The position numbers were made by a program, and so were the translations under genes. The notes beneath the pieces were generated by a model, which had not been told where the DNA came from, searched no databases, and worked only from the letters and a program-made list of their open reading frames with translations. A stretch of DNA of 64,000 bases from Thermoplasmata archaeon (GTDB lineage: Archaea; Thermoplasmatota; Thermoplasmata; Lutacidiplasmatales; UBA184), in the NCBI GenBank assembly GCA_049285595.1, contig JBAQAF010000036.1:21910-85909 (forward strand), written 5' to 3'. The first letter of the stretch is position 1. Each line of letters starts with the position of its first letter. Of this stretch, positions 50,778-60,256 are shown piece after piece.

Positions 50778-53180
50778 TCAGTGGACCCGCTCGAGGAGCC
50801 GGGTGTAGACCTCGAGCAGGTCGAGCCCCTTCGTGACCGCGCGGGCCGACTCGGGGAACGACTGCCGCGCGGCCCAGGCGCGCATCTCCGCCGGTCGGGA
50901 GAGGCCGAGGAACGGGACGGCCAGCTGCAGGAAGATGCCCTGGAGTCCGAGTCCGGCCGTGAATGCGAGGAACGCATCGATCCGTTCGGTGAGGAACGTC
51001 CAGACCGCCTCCGAGTGGTCCGCGTTCAGCACGAACGAGCTCCCGAACAGTTCGATCCACGGTCCCAGGAGGATCTTCCCCGAAAACAGCGCCTCGAGAC
51101 CCTCGCGCACCCACTCGTCCCGGGCGACGAGCCCGAGGGCGGAGGCGATCTGGCGCTGCGCATCGGGCGAGGACGCGCGGGAGTACCGTTCCTGTAACGC
51201 GGCGTACTCTGCGGGAGACCCTTGGAGTGCGACGGCAAGGAGCACCCCGCGCACCGACTCGGGGGGGAGGGTATCGAGCTGGGAGAACTTCTCCGACAGC
51301 CGCCTCGCGAACGGCGGGTCGAGCCGGACGCGGGCGATCGTGATCGATTCTCTCAGGGTCCGGATCCGGTCCGGCTCGCCGGCGACGGGGTCGAGGCCCA
51401 GTCGTTCGGACTGGGCGACGACGACGGACCGGAACGCCGCTTCCCAGCGGGGGACTCGATGGATCACCGGGTACAGGGATCGGAAGGTCTCGGTCACGGT
51501 CCCTACGACAAATGGGTCCGTCTCGCCTTCGAGTCGGCCGAAGACGGAGAGGTAGGTGTCGAGGTCGTAGGTGCCCGACAGGAAGAGGGCGCGGACGTCG
51601 TCCAGGATCCCCCAGCGATCGACCGGCTCGAGCGTAGAATATCCCGCGAGGATCCGCTCCCGGAGGATCCCTTCGTACTGCACGCGATAGAATCCCGTTC
51701 GACCCGGGTTCACGATCGGCACGGTCCCGTCGCCCGGGAGGTGGAGCGCCGGCCCGTCGAACAGAGCCCGCTCGGTGCGGTTCCCCCATCGGACCTGGAG
51801 CGGGATCGGCCACGGCTCCGACGGCGTCTCACCGAGCGAAGAGAATCGGCGTTGCTCCAGCCGGAGCGTGCTCCCTTCGAGCGTCGCGGTGACGACCGGG
51901 AACCCGGGCCGGTCCACCCACTCGGTGAATACCCGCTCGACCGGTTCCTCGGAGGTGGCCGCGACGGCCCGCCAGAGGTCGCCCGATTCGGCGTTCCCCT
52001 GGGCGTGGTCGGCGAGATAGCGGGAGACGCCCCGGCGGAACGCCTCCTCTCCGACGTACGCCTCCGCCATCCGCAGCACGCTCGCGCCCTTGCCGTAGCT
52101 GATCTCGTCGAAGATCTGCCGGATCTGGAGCGGGTCGCGTACTTCCACGCGGATCGGGTGGGTGTGCGGGAGCCCGTCCCAGCGCAGGGCGTTCGCGTAC
52201 TGGGTCGAGAGGAAATCATCCCACGGCGACCACTCCGGGAACAGCGCCTCGGTCGCCTTCACCGCGACGAGCGACGCGAAGCTCTCGTTCAGCCAGAGAT
52301 CGTTCCACCAGCGCATCGTCACGAGATCGCCGAACCACTGGTGCGCAACCTCGTGGCAGATCACTTCGACGGTGCGCATCTTCGCGGAAGCGGTGGTCCG
52401 TTCGTCGTGGAGCAGGAGGTACTCCTGGAAGGCGATCGCCCCCCAGTTCTCCATCGCGCCGGTGCCGAACGCCGGGACCGCGATCAGATGGAGCTTTGAG
52501 AGCGGATACGGGATCGAGTAGTACTCCGAGAAATAGGCGACCGACCGTTCCCCCTGCTCGAGTGAGAACCGGGTGCCCGCGGAACGACCCGGGGCCGTGG
52601 CGACGATCACCTGGGGTGTGGTTCGCGTCCCCGCGAGCTCCTCGAACGGCCCGATCCCGAGATACAACAGGTACGTCGACATCGGCGGGGTCGGGAGGAA
52701 CCAGACCCGGCGCCGGCCGTCGGGCATCGGCTCGCTCCGTTCCACGGCGGTGTTGGAGATCACGGTCGCGGCGGGAGGGGCGGTGACGTCGAGGACGAAG
52801 ACGGCCTTCGCGTCGGGCCGGTCGAGGCACGGAAGGAGTCGCCGCGCCCCCGCGGGTTCGAAATATGTCGTGTAGGCCCGCCCCGGGCCGAGGGGCGAAA
52901 CGTAGAAACCCCGAAGCCCGGGTTCATCGATCGATCCCGTGTAGTCGATTACCAGCTCCCGGGCGGCGACCGGGATGCTCGGGAGCGTGAGTCGGTTCTC
53001 CTTCGGCTCATGGGCGAACGGGATCGCCGTCGAGTCGGCCGAGACGGACCGGATGTCGTGGCCTACGCTGTCGAGCTCAAGGCGGGAGGGGAGGGTCCCT
53101 GCGGAGATCGCGAGGCGGCCAACAAACTCGAGCGCGTCGTCCCGGACCGCGATCGAGAGCCGATAGTGGAGGCCGTCCAT
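50778..53180 (-). CDS. M1-family aminopeptidase (tricorn-interacting-factor F2/F3-like)
   Basis: GAMENWGAIAFQE and the zinc motif HEVAHQWFGDLVTMRWWNDLWLNESFA (HExxH-18-E). 800 aa with an ERAP-like C-terminal helical domain and no signal peptide. Confidence 0.92.
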   Translation of the reverse strand: MDGLHYRLSIAVRDDALEFVGRLAISAGTLPSRLELDSVGHDIRSVSADSTAIPFAHEPKENRLTLPSIPVAARELVIDYTGSIDEPGLRGFYVSPLGPGRAYTTYFEPAGARRLLPCLDRPDAKAVFVLDVTAPPAATVISNTAVERSEPMPDGRRRVWFLPTPPMSTYLLYLGIGPFEELAGTRTTPQVIVATAPGRSAGTRFSLEQGERSVAYFSEYYSIPYPLSKLHLIAVPAFGTGAMENWGAIAFQEYLLLHDERTTASAKMRTVEVICHEVAHQWFGDLVTMRWWNDLWLNESFASLVAVKATEALFPEWSPWDDFLSTQYANALRWDGLPHTHPIRVEVRDPLQIRQIFDEISYGKGASVLRMAEAYVGEEAFRRGVSRYLADHAQGNAESGDLWRAVAATSEEPVERVFTEWVDRPGFPVVTATLEGSTLRLEQRRFSSLGETPSEPWPIPLQVRWGNRTERALFDGPALHLPGDGTVPIVNPGRTGFYRVQYEGILRERILAGYSTLEPVDRWGILDDVRALFLSGTYDLDTYLSVFGRLEGETDPFVVGTVTETFRSLYPVIHRVPRWEAAFRSVVVAQSERLGLDPVAGEPDRIRTLRESITIARVRLDPPFARRLSEKFSQLDTLPPESVRGVLLAVALQGSPAEYAALQERYSRASSPDAQRQIASALGLVARDEWVREGLEALFSGKILLGPWIELFGSSFVLNADHSEAVWTFLTERIDAFLAFTAGLGLQGIFLQLAVPFLGLSRPAEMRAWAARQSFPESARAVTKGLDLLEVYTRLLERVH

Positions 53181-53258
53181 CGTTACGTCCCGAGCCGCCG
53201 GGACGGAAAGCCGCGCCGGGGGCGGGAGTGGCCCCCGCGCCGGCCGTCCGCGATCGGA

Positions 53259-55322
53259 CTAAGCGTCGAGCCGGGGTGGGGTCGCGGCGGGCTCCCAACC
53301 GCCGCCGCCCCCGCAGTGGTGACCGGAGCCCTGGCTGGAGAACCGGATGCGGACGTCCTGGTCGTGGTGGGAGATCGTCACCGTGCCGGAGCTGGGGGAG
53401 GCGGAGTAGCCGGTGACGGGGGTGACCGTGAACATGTAGGTTCCGCTCGAGAGTCCCGAGATCACGATGTCGCCGCTGCTCGAGCAGTAGCTCGAGCCGA
53501 CGTTCACGCACCAGATCGTGCCCCCCGGCAGACCGCTTTCGTGGAACGTGAGAGTAAACGTGGTAGGCGTCGGAGACCCCTTGCCAAACGTCACGCTGAC
53601 CGTCACTGCGGCGCCCGCGATCGTCACGGGAGAGGCGGGTGTTTCCGAGGTGACCGAAAAGCCGTTCGGGCCGGAGACCGTGTAGGTGTACGTCCCGTTC
53701 GGCTCGGCGAACTGGATCGAGTCGGTGGTACTGCTCCGCGTCGTGTTCCCGACGGTCACGCTCCACGCCGTGGACTGGCCGCACATTCCGCTCAAGCCGG
53801 TCTCCACGAACGTTAGATCGAAGGTGGCGCTCGAAGAGGCTGCGAACGTCACGTCGACGACGACCGGACCGGCGCCCACTGTGACCGGGGAGGCAGGTAC
53901 GGCCTCGACCACGTGGTAGCCCACGGGCCCCCCGGGCGTGTAAGCATACGTCCCCGGGAGTTTCCCGAAGAGGATGGACGCGGAGGTCGTGGTGAGCGTT
54001 CGGGCGCCCAGGGCCACCGACCAAGCGCTTCCTGCCGGCAGGCCGGTCTCGTTGAAGACGACGGCGTAGGCGGTCGCGATGACACTGACGTTGTGCGAGT
54101 CGGAGTTCGGGACGTAGACGTAGGTGTTGGCGGTATCGTAGACGGTCGACGAGGGCTCGTGCCCGACGGTCACGTTCCCGAGGTCGGAGGTACCCTCGAC
54201 GATCGTCACTTCCGATGCGCCGAGATCCGTCACGTACACGAGGTCGGTGAAGGCGTCGTACGCCGACCACCCCGGGCCAGCCCCCGTGGCGACGTTGGCG
54301 ACCCAGGTCGTCCCGTCCAGCACGCTCACATCGCTCTCGTTCGAGTTGCTGACGTACAGATCGCCGTTCGCCGGGTCGAATAGGACGAAGGACGGGTTCG
54401 CGCCTGTGGTGACGTTCCCGACGCTCGAGTCTCCGTCCACGACCGTGACGTTCCCACTCTGATTGTTCGCCGCGTAGACGTCTCCCGAGGACGGGTCGAC
54501 CGCAAGGGCATCGGGTTGACCGCCGACTCCTACGGTGCCGACCATCGATATGCCGTCGAACACGGTCAGGGCCGAAGCGCCGTGGTCGGCGACGTAGACG
54601 TAGCCGTTGGACGGGTCGAACGCCACCGCGCCGGGATCTTTCCCTGTAGCCAGATTCGACACGAGCGCCGTGCCGTTCAAGATCGCCACCTTGTTCGCAC
54701 CCGATTCGGTGACGTAGACATCCCCGTTCGCCGAGTCGTACGCCGCGGCGCTGGGAAGGAGCCCGATGGTCACGGTCGTCAGGAGCGTCGTCCCATTCAG
54801 GATGCTGACCCCGCCGCCGGGGGTCTCGAAGAGGTAACGGTCGACGACGTACACGTAACCGTTCCCCGGATCGTAGACTTCGTAGGTCGGATCCCCCACG
54901 GTCACGCTCGGGGTGCTGAGCGCGACGTTCGCCACGACCGTCGATCCGCTCAGAACCGAGACGTTGTTCGAGATCTCGTTCGCGGCGTAGACATAGCCGT
55001 TGCCGCTATCGAATGCTATCGGGACCGGACCCGAACCGACGGGCACCGAAGCGAGGACCTGGGGCGGGACCTGTTCGAACGGGGGGAGGTGCAGCGGCAC
55101 GAAATTCGGCGTCGCCGCGGCGTGGAAGGGGGTCGGGGCCGTGAGCTCCCGAACGGGAGAAAAGTAGGGGGTGGTATCGAAGCCTGCGGTCGGCCCGGTC
55201 GAGGCGATCGGCGCGGCCTGGGTCGCGGGAATTAGGGCGGTCAGCGAGAGGGCTAAGACCAGCGCGGAGACCCAGAGGACCCCCCTCGCTGCGGCGTTCC
55301 GTTCTACCCGGGAACCGAACAT
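53259..55322 (-). CDS. Secreted YVTN beta-propeller repeat protein with three shared beta-sandwich modules
   Basis: Signal GVLWVSALVLALSLTALIPATQA. YVTN repeats include YVYAANEISNNVSVLSGSTVV and YVADHGASALTVFDGISMV. Modules VVFNETGLPAGSAWSVAL, LTFVETGLSGMCGQSTAWSVTV and LTFHESGLPGGTIWCVNV. No C-terminal TM helix. Confidence 0.85.
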   Translation of the reverse strand: MFGSRVERNAAARGVLWVSALVLALSLTALIPATQAAPIASTGPTAGFDTTPYFSPVRELTAPTPFHAAATPNFVPLHLPPFEQVPPQVLASVPVGSGPVPIAFDSGNGYVYAANEISNNVSVLSGSTVVANVALSTPSVTVGDPTYEVYDPGNGYVYVVDRYLFETPGGGVSILNGTTLLTTVTIGLLPSAAAYDSANGDVYVTESGANKVAILNGTALVSNLATGKDPGAVAFDPSNGYVYVADHGASALTVFDGISMVGTVGVGGQPDALAVDPSSGDVYAANNQSGNVTVVDGDSSVGNVTTGANPSFVLFDPANGDLYVSNSNESDVSVLDGTTWVANVATGAGPGWSAYDAFTDLVYVTDLGASEVTIVEGTSDLGNVTVGHEPSSTVYDTANTYVYVPNSDSHNVSVIATAYAVVFNETGLPAGSAWSVALGARTLTTTSASILFGKLPGTYAYTPGGPVGYHVVEAVPASPVTVGAGPVVVDVTFAASSSATFDLTFVETGLSGMCGQSTAWSVTVGNTTRSSTTDSIQFAEPNGTYTYTVSGPNGFSVTSETPASPVTIAGAAVTVSVTFGKGSPTPTTFTLTFHESGLPGGTIWCVNVGSSYCSSSGDIVISGLSSGTYMFTVTPVTGYSASPSSGTVTISHHDQDVRIRFSSQGSGHHCGGGGGWEPAATPPRLDA

Positions 55323-55483
55323 GGCGGTGCTGGATATACGTCAGCCAGATGAACCTGACGGCCACCTCCCCCCGACCGAGATCGGGAAGGGTCACCGAGA
55401 GCGGCGATCTCCCCCTCGTCTACAGGCGATCGAGGCCCGCATCGTGGGCTGCCCTCCGCCCACACGGAGCTTCGGGGTTCGGC

Positions 55484-55810
55484 TCAATGTGATCGCCTAG
55501 ATGAAAGGGGGGCCGCCCGCTGGGAGTCGTCTGGGGGGTGCCGGTCGTCGGCCGCGGTAGCTGAGGTCCCCGGCAGCCCAGGGACGCCGACACGGCGGAG
55601 CGCGATCTCAAAGTAGAGAGTCGAGACGGCCGCAGGGTCCAACGGCGGTGCGGCCCGAGGAGGCAGGAACGCCCGGAGGCGGCTCAAGATCGCCTCGGAC
55701 GCGAGCGACTCGACCGACTCCGTGCGGTCCGTGTCGAAATGGGTCATTCCGTCGACGACCACACGGAGTCCCGAGGGTGCCGGATAGACGCGCACGATGA
55801 ACTGGGCCAT
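55484..55810 (-). CDS. Possible hypothetical protein (108 aa)
   Basis: Internal ATG of ORF 55484..55972: MAQFIVRVYPAPSGLRVVVDGMTHFDTDRTESVESLASEAILSRLRAFL.... The C-terminal half is low-complexity. Weak evidence. Confidence 0.3.
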   Translation of the reverse strand: MAQFIVRVYPAPSGLRVVVDGMTHFDTDRTESVESLASEAILSRLRAFLPPRAAPPLDPAAVSTLYFEIALRRVGVPGLPGTSATAADDRHPPDDSQRAAPLSSRRSH

Positions 55811-55890
55811 GGCGGCGGAGCGGCTCGGTGCGCCATACCCCTCCCGGCCAGGCGACGAAACGGCTGCCGGGTCGCGGCCGAGGGGCGGCC

Positions 55891-56211
55891 TCAGGGAACC
55901 TTCGGCCGCTGCTCGAGCTTCCCGGTCCGTCCGAGCGTCATCTGGGGCCGTCCCCGGTACTCGGAGACCCACCCGTCGAGGATCGCCACCCGGTCTCCGT
56001 CCGCGACGAGGTCGACCTCGGATCCCCAGAGGACGAGGGAGATCTCCCCCGTCGCGTCTTTCAGCTTGCCGTTGCGCACTTTCTTCGTCCCGCCGTCCCG
56101 CGTCTCGATCTCGCGGACCGGTTCCAGACCCACGACCGTCGCTTCGATGGTCGCGAGCTTCGAGGGTCGAAGGTCGCTGATGAACGTCGATGGGGGTTTG
56201 CTGTCGGGCAT
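55891..56211 (-). CDS. OB-fold nucleic-acid-binding protein (SSB/RPA-like single OB domain)
   Basis: MPDSKPPSTFISDLRPSKLATIEATVVGLEPVREIETRDGGTKKVRNGKLKDATGEISLVLWGSEVDLVADGDRVAILDGWVSEYRGRPQMTLGRTGKLE. This is the classic pattern of archaeal short OB-fold proteins. An alternative ATG at 56295 would overlap the upstream terminator. Confidence 0.65.
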   Translation of the reverse strand: MPDSKPPSTFISDLRPSKLATIEATVVGLEPVREIETRDGGTKKVRNGKLKDATGEISLVLWGSEVDLVADGDRVAILDGWVSEYRGRPQMTLGRTGKLEQRPKVP

Positions 56212-56305
56212 CGCGGCCGCCAACCCCCGGGACGGGATAGGAGTTCCGTCGCGCGGGACGATCGACGCGATCGGGCGCCGCTTCGAAGTTTCCAAGAGTA
56301 GAATG

Positions 56306-56340
56306 AAAAACAGGGAGGGGGGCCGCCGGAGGGCGGCCCC
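56306..56340 (-). terminator. Intrinsic-terminator-like hairpin plus T5 after the thermopsin-like gene
   Basis: The minus strand reads GGGGCCGCC-ctcc-GGCGGCCCC (perfect 9-bp stem, 56319-56340), followed by ctccctgTTTTTc (T-run at 56306-10). It lies 23 nt after the stop at 56363. Confidence 0.5.
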
Positions 56341-56362
56341 CTAGGGAAAGGTTTGCCCGACG

Positions 56363-59300
56363 TTACGCCGCGGATCCCCGGAGCACGGCCAACCGGGCCG
56401 TGGCAGGGAACAGGTCCGCACCGCCGGAGTTCACCGGCACGTGGTGGGCAGGAGGCGTGTAGACGCAGACCAGCGCCACCGACGCCCCGCTCCCCGAGAT
56501 CGCCTGGCTCCCCGAGGTGGGCGTGCAAACGGTGTGCGCAGGGGGCAGCACGGTGAACGTGTACGTCCCGTTCGGCACCATGAATCCCAACGACGCGCCC
56601 GTGGTGTAGACGGTCCTCGAATGGATCCCGTGGCCGTTGACGGGCCCCGTGATCCGGACGCCCCACCGCTTCCCCGGCTGAACTCCCGTCTCGCTGAACG
56701 ATAGCGAGTAGGTCACGAGGTGGAAGCGGACGTGCAGCGCGGTGGACCCCGCGATCGTCAGCGCACCGGCGGAGGGGCTGGGCGAGTAGCCGGGGACCCC
56801 GGGCACGGTGAACGTATACGACCCGTCGATCACAACGATCTGGGCGGACGTTCCCGTGACCTGGATGGTCTGACCGAACGGATCGGTCGTGGGCGACGTC
56901 CCGGCGATGACCACGCTCCAGGAGGAGCTGGGGGGCAGGCCGGACTCGCGCACCGTGAGGAACGCGTAGCCGGTCGCGAGGCGATAGGTCACGCCGACCG
57001 TGATCGGGTGGTCGGTCAGGTGGAACGTCCCGGAGTGCGCCGTGTAGCCGACGGGCACAACGGGCGACCAAGCGTAGCGTCCAGGCGCCGGGAAGACGCT
57101 CAGGGTGATGAAGTTCGAGGTCGTGTTGAACGACACGACGTTCGACCCGACCGTGATGTCGAGGCCCCAGGCGGTGCCCGGAACGAGGCCGTGCTCCACG
57201 AACGTGACCGCCGGTCCGACGTTCGGCACGAGCGGGGCGAAGTCGCCGCCCGCGTAGATGTAGCTGAAGTAGTAGTAGGACGGCCCGTAGATCTCGACGA
57301 TCAGGGTGAGCGCGTTCTCATCGTACGGCAACTGGGCGTAGGGGTTGTTCGCACCGTTGTACGGGTTGAAGGCGAGCCCATAGTCCCACCAGAAGTTCCC
57401 GCCCTGGGTCGCCCCCCCGATGATGCTCCCGCTCAGGGGCACGTTCGGGAAGCCGGCCGCGTAGTGGACGATCGAGGCGGCCTGCGGGGAGATGTTCCAG
57501 CTGTTCGTGACGTAGTAGAACGGATAGCCCGAGTACATGTTGAGCGGCAGCAGCCACGCGGTGGTCGGCGTGTTGAAGCTGTTGTCGTAGATCAGGTCGC
57601 CGTCCTCCGCGAGTTGTAGACCGATGCCGAACACCTGGTCGAACAACCCTTCGCAGTTCCCGACGTTCGGGCAGCTGGCCGGTTGGGGGGTCTCGGTGAA
57701 CGTGTTCCCCCAGACCGTGTTGTTCCCGCCCGCCGTGTTGACGGGTCCGAACAGGGTCCCGCCGTCGAACATCAGGAGCGCCTGGCTCTGCGTGTCAAAG
57801 TTGTTCCCGGCGATCAGGTTGTCGCTCGAGCCGTAGAAGATGACGTTGAACGAGTCGAAGCTGATCGGGTACCACGCGAAGTTCGTGAACCAGCCCGAGA
57901 TGTTCGCAGCGTCGACCAGCGCGACCCCCGAGACGTTCCAGAACCAGAGCTGCAGGTCGTTGGTCTGGGGCAGCTCGTCGCCCGGGAACTGGAAGTCGTT
58001 CGTCGCGGCCGAGAAGTTCGCCGGCTGGAACAGCTCGGTCGAAACGGTCGTTCCCATCAGGAATACGCCCGGGAAGACGGGGAAGCCGTAGTCGTTGTAG
58101 AGCCCGAAGTCGGACGAAAGGGCCGCGCTCTGGTCGTTCGGCATCATGTACGGGCTCGCCGACGTTCCGGAGCCGCTCGTCGCCAGCGCAGCGACTTCGG
58201 CGTTCGAGAACGCCCAGAGGGGGGTGTAGACGCCGAGCGCCATGTCCGAGGACAGCGTCACGGTGAGCGTCTGGGGACCCGCGACGGTCAGAGACTGCGA
58301 GTCGGGGTCGAAGTTGGAGAGCTCCGTCAGCAGGGTATACGACCCCGGCATCAGGTAGAGGGTGCTCGCTGCGATCGTCGGAGCGAACTCGGATTCCGCC
58401 ACGATCGGGGTGCTGAAGCCCGCCGCCCCGTTGTACTCGAGGAAGTTGAACGCGTTCGACGGGGTCACGGCGAGCGTGATGGCGTCCGAGCCTTCGGGAG
58501 CGCCCGTGCCCCAGAGCCCCGACAGGATCGAGGGGCCGGTCGTCATCGTCCCGTACTCGGCAAGGCCGCCCGGTCCGCCGGGGGCGTTGCTCCATGCAAC
58601 GTTCGCGCCGGTCGCCGTCTCGCCGGTCTCGCCGCCGTAGTTGTACGCGGCAGGGACCGCCACGAACGTCCCCGAGGAGAGGTAGGAGAGACCGAGGGTG
58701 GCGTCCGCCGCCCCGAGGTCGACCTGGCTTCCCCCGCCGGGACCGCAGATGTCGAGCTCAAAGTCGTTGGTCAGGCCCACCGGATTGTAGCTCTCCCCGT
58801 TCGCCGTGTAGTTGGACGGTTGGGTGAGGGGTCCAGGGAAGCCGACGTTGGTCGAGTTGAAGATCGCGTAATCCCAGTTCGGGGCGGAGAAGTCCTCGCC
58901 GGGGATGGCACTGCTCACGAGCGAATCGCTGAAGCTCATGTTGTCGCGGCCCGCGTTGATCCCCGAGTTCATCGTCAGGGTCAGGTCGAACGGATAGTAG
59001 ACCGGGAACGGAACGACGAGTTCGGCGTAATAGTAGCCGAGCTCGCCGTAGTAGTTGGTGCCGTCCGGGCCGTGCTCGTAGAACTCGTTCCCGACGTACG
59101 ACCCGCCCGAGAAGTTCCAGATGTTCGTGATGAGGACCATGAACCCCGAGGACGGGTAGTATTCGACGACGTTCTGGGTCCAGTACGAGAAGCCAGACTG
59201 TCCGAAGAGCGTCACGTTGGTCAGGACGGAGTTGAGCTGGATGCCGTAGCTGTCCGGAGAGCTCTGATAGAGATCGAGCCCCTGGATGCCGGTCGCGTTG

Positions 59301-59767
59301 GCGTCGACCGTCCCTTGGACGGCGGTGGTGTTCAGGATCGTGGCGATCGGCGATCCCGTTCCCGTCCCGCTCAGACCGTAGTAGGCGACTCCGATCGGGG
59401 CCGGATCACCCGAGTAGAGGGGAGTGACAACCCCGCTCTCGCGCGCCTGGGCCTCCTGGGCAAGGTCCGCCGAAGGTCGAGGGAGGAATACGACGTTGGA
59501 CTTCAGGCCCGCCGCCCGTGTGGCGGCCAAGGCGTTCGCGGCCATGGCGGAAGCTACGTTCGAGCCACCGATGCTCACGTCCGCGCGCGAATTCTCGAGC
59601 GAAGGCGGAGCGGCGGCCTTGCTCACCGGAACGATTGCCGTGCTGGTCGCTCCCGCATGGCTCGGCGACGCCGTGGCGGGTCCGCCCACCAGGCTGGTCA
59701 CTCCCAAACCCATCCATCCGACTACGGCAAAGGCAACTACCGCCAGAACTAGTGCTTTCGACTCCAA
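56363..59767 (-). CDS. Giant secreted protein: thermopsin (A5)-like domain, beta-helix repeats and three shared modules; paralog of 42241..45813
   Basis: 1134 aa with TTG start. Signal ALVLAVVAFAVVGWMGLGV. Thermopsin-like segment PAPIGVAYYGL...NTTAVQGT...YGIQLNSVLTNVTLFG...FSYWTQNVVEY. Beta-helix segment GNNFDTQSQALLMFDGG...NNTVWGNTF. Modules VTFVEHGLVPGTAWGLDI, LTVRESGLPPSSSWSVVI and LSFSETGVQPGKRWGVRI. No C-terminal TM helix. Confidence 0.75.
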   Translation of the reverse strand: MESKALVLAVVAFAVVGWMGLGVTSLVGGPATASPSHAGATSTAIVPVSKAAAPPSLENSRADVSIGGSNVASAMAANALAATRAAGLKSNVVFLPRPSADLAQEAQARESGVVTPLYSGDPAPIGVAYYGLSGTGTGSPIATILNTTAVQGTVDANATGIQGLDLYQSSPDSYGIQLNSVLTNVTLFGQSGFSYWTQNVVEYYPSSGFMVLITNIWNFSGGSYVGNEFYEHGPDGTNYYGELGYYYAELVVPFPVYYPFDLTLTMNSGINAGRDNMSFSDSLVSSAIPGEDFSAPNWDYAIFNSTNVGFPGPLTQPSNYTANGESYNPVGLTNDFELDICGPGGGSQVDLGAADATLGLSYLSSGTFVAVPAAYNYGGETGETATGANVAWSNAPGGPGGLAEYGTMTTGPSILSGLWGTGAPEGSDAITLAVTPSNAFNFLEYNGAAGFSTPIVAESEFAPTIAASTLYLMPGSYTLLTELSNFDPDSQSLTVAGPQTLTVTLSSDMALGVYTPLWAFSNAEVAALATSGSGTSASPYMMPNDQSAALSSDFGLYNDYGFPVFPGVFLMGTTVSTELFQPANFSAATNDFQFPGDELPQTNDLQLWFWNVSGVALVDAANISGWFTNFAWYPISFDSFNVIFYGSSDNLIAGNNFDTQSQALLMFDGGTLFGPVNTAGGNNTVWGNTFTETPQPASCPNVGNCEGLFDQVFGIGLQLAEDGDLIYDNSFNTPTTAWLLPLNMYSGYPFYYVTNSWNISPQAASIVHYAAGFPNVPLSGSIIGGATQGGNFWWDYGLAFNPYNGANNPYAQLPYDENALTLIVEIYGPSYYYFSYIYAGGDFAPLVPNVGPAVTFVEHGLVPGTAWGLDITVGSNVVSFNTTSNFITLSVFPAPGRYAWSPVVPVGYTAHSGTFHLTDHPITVGVTYRLATGYAFLTVRESGLPPSSSWSVVIAGTSPTTDPFGQTIQVTGTSAQIVVIDGSYTFTVPGVPGYSPSPSAGALTIAGSTALHVRFHLVTYSLSFSETGVQPGKRWGVRITGPVNGHGIHSRTVYTTGASLGFMVPNGTYTFTVLPPAHTVCTPTSGSQAISGSGASVALVCVYTPPAHHVPVNSGGADLFPATARLAVLRGSAA

Positions 59768-60256
59768 GATCCCCAGCCCCCTGAGGCAGGGCCGCAGAGT
59801 CGTATCCTCGTATAACCTTTCAGGGAGCGATCCGGCTAGAATTCATAGCGTTCCGAACCGCCTGGCTCCCCGCGCCCCTTGAAGAAGGACCCCAAAGAAC
59901 GCTCTCGTCCATGGGAAGCATCGGGCCGAGGGGCGGTGGAATCAGGCTGCGGCCCCTCCGGACGAGGAAGGGGCGATGCTCCGTTGGCTCGCGATGCATC
60001 GGTCGCAACGGCCCACTCCGTTCGCCGTTGAGACCGTAGGCGCTCCGAGCGGGTTGGTCTCCTTTCGGGCTCACAGGCTGTTCGCTCAGGCGGAGGGAGC
60101 CGGCGGCCCGTCCGGGTGAGCGTCCGTTCTCTCTTCTCCGTCGTGGAGCGGGAGCTGGTTGAGTATCATTTGTCAGAAACGTTCCTAAGTCGTAAGTAGC
60201 CTCATTCCGGTCCCAACGAAGTGCCTCCGCACGGCGGGGGTCGTTGGAAACAGGTC

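Noticed and set aside
59768-60256. Small ORFs or ncRNA in the 490-bp divergent spacer between thermopsin-like gene 2 and the sedolisin gene
   Set aside because: The ORFs there (for example 59820..60074 on the minus strand) are R/P/G-rich with no motifs, and I could not build a convincing conserved RNA structure by eye. It probably holds two divergent promoters (AT-rich patches at ~59807-59818 and ~60161-60200).
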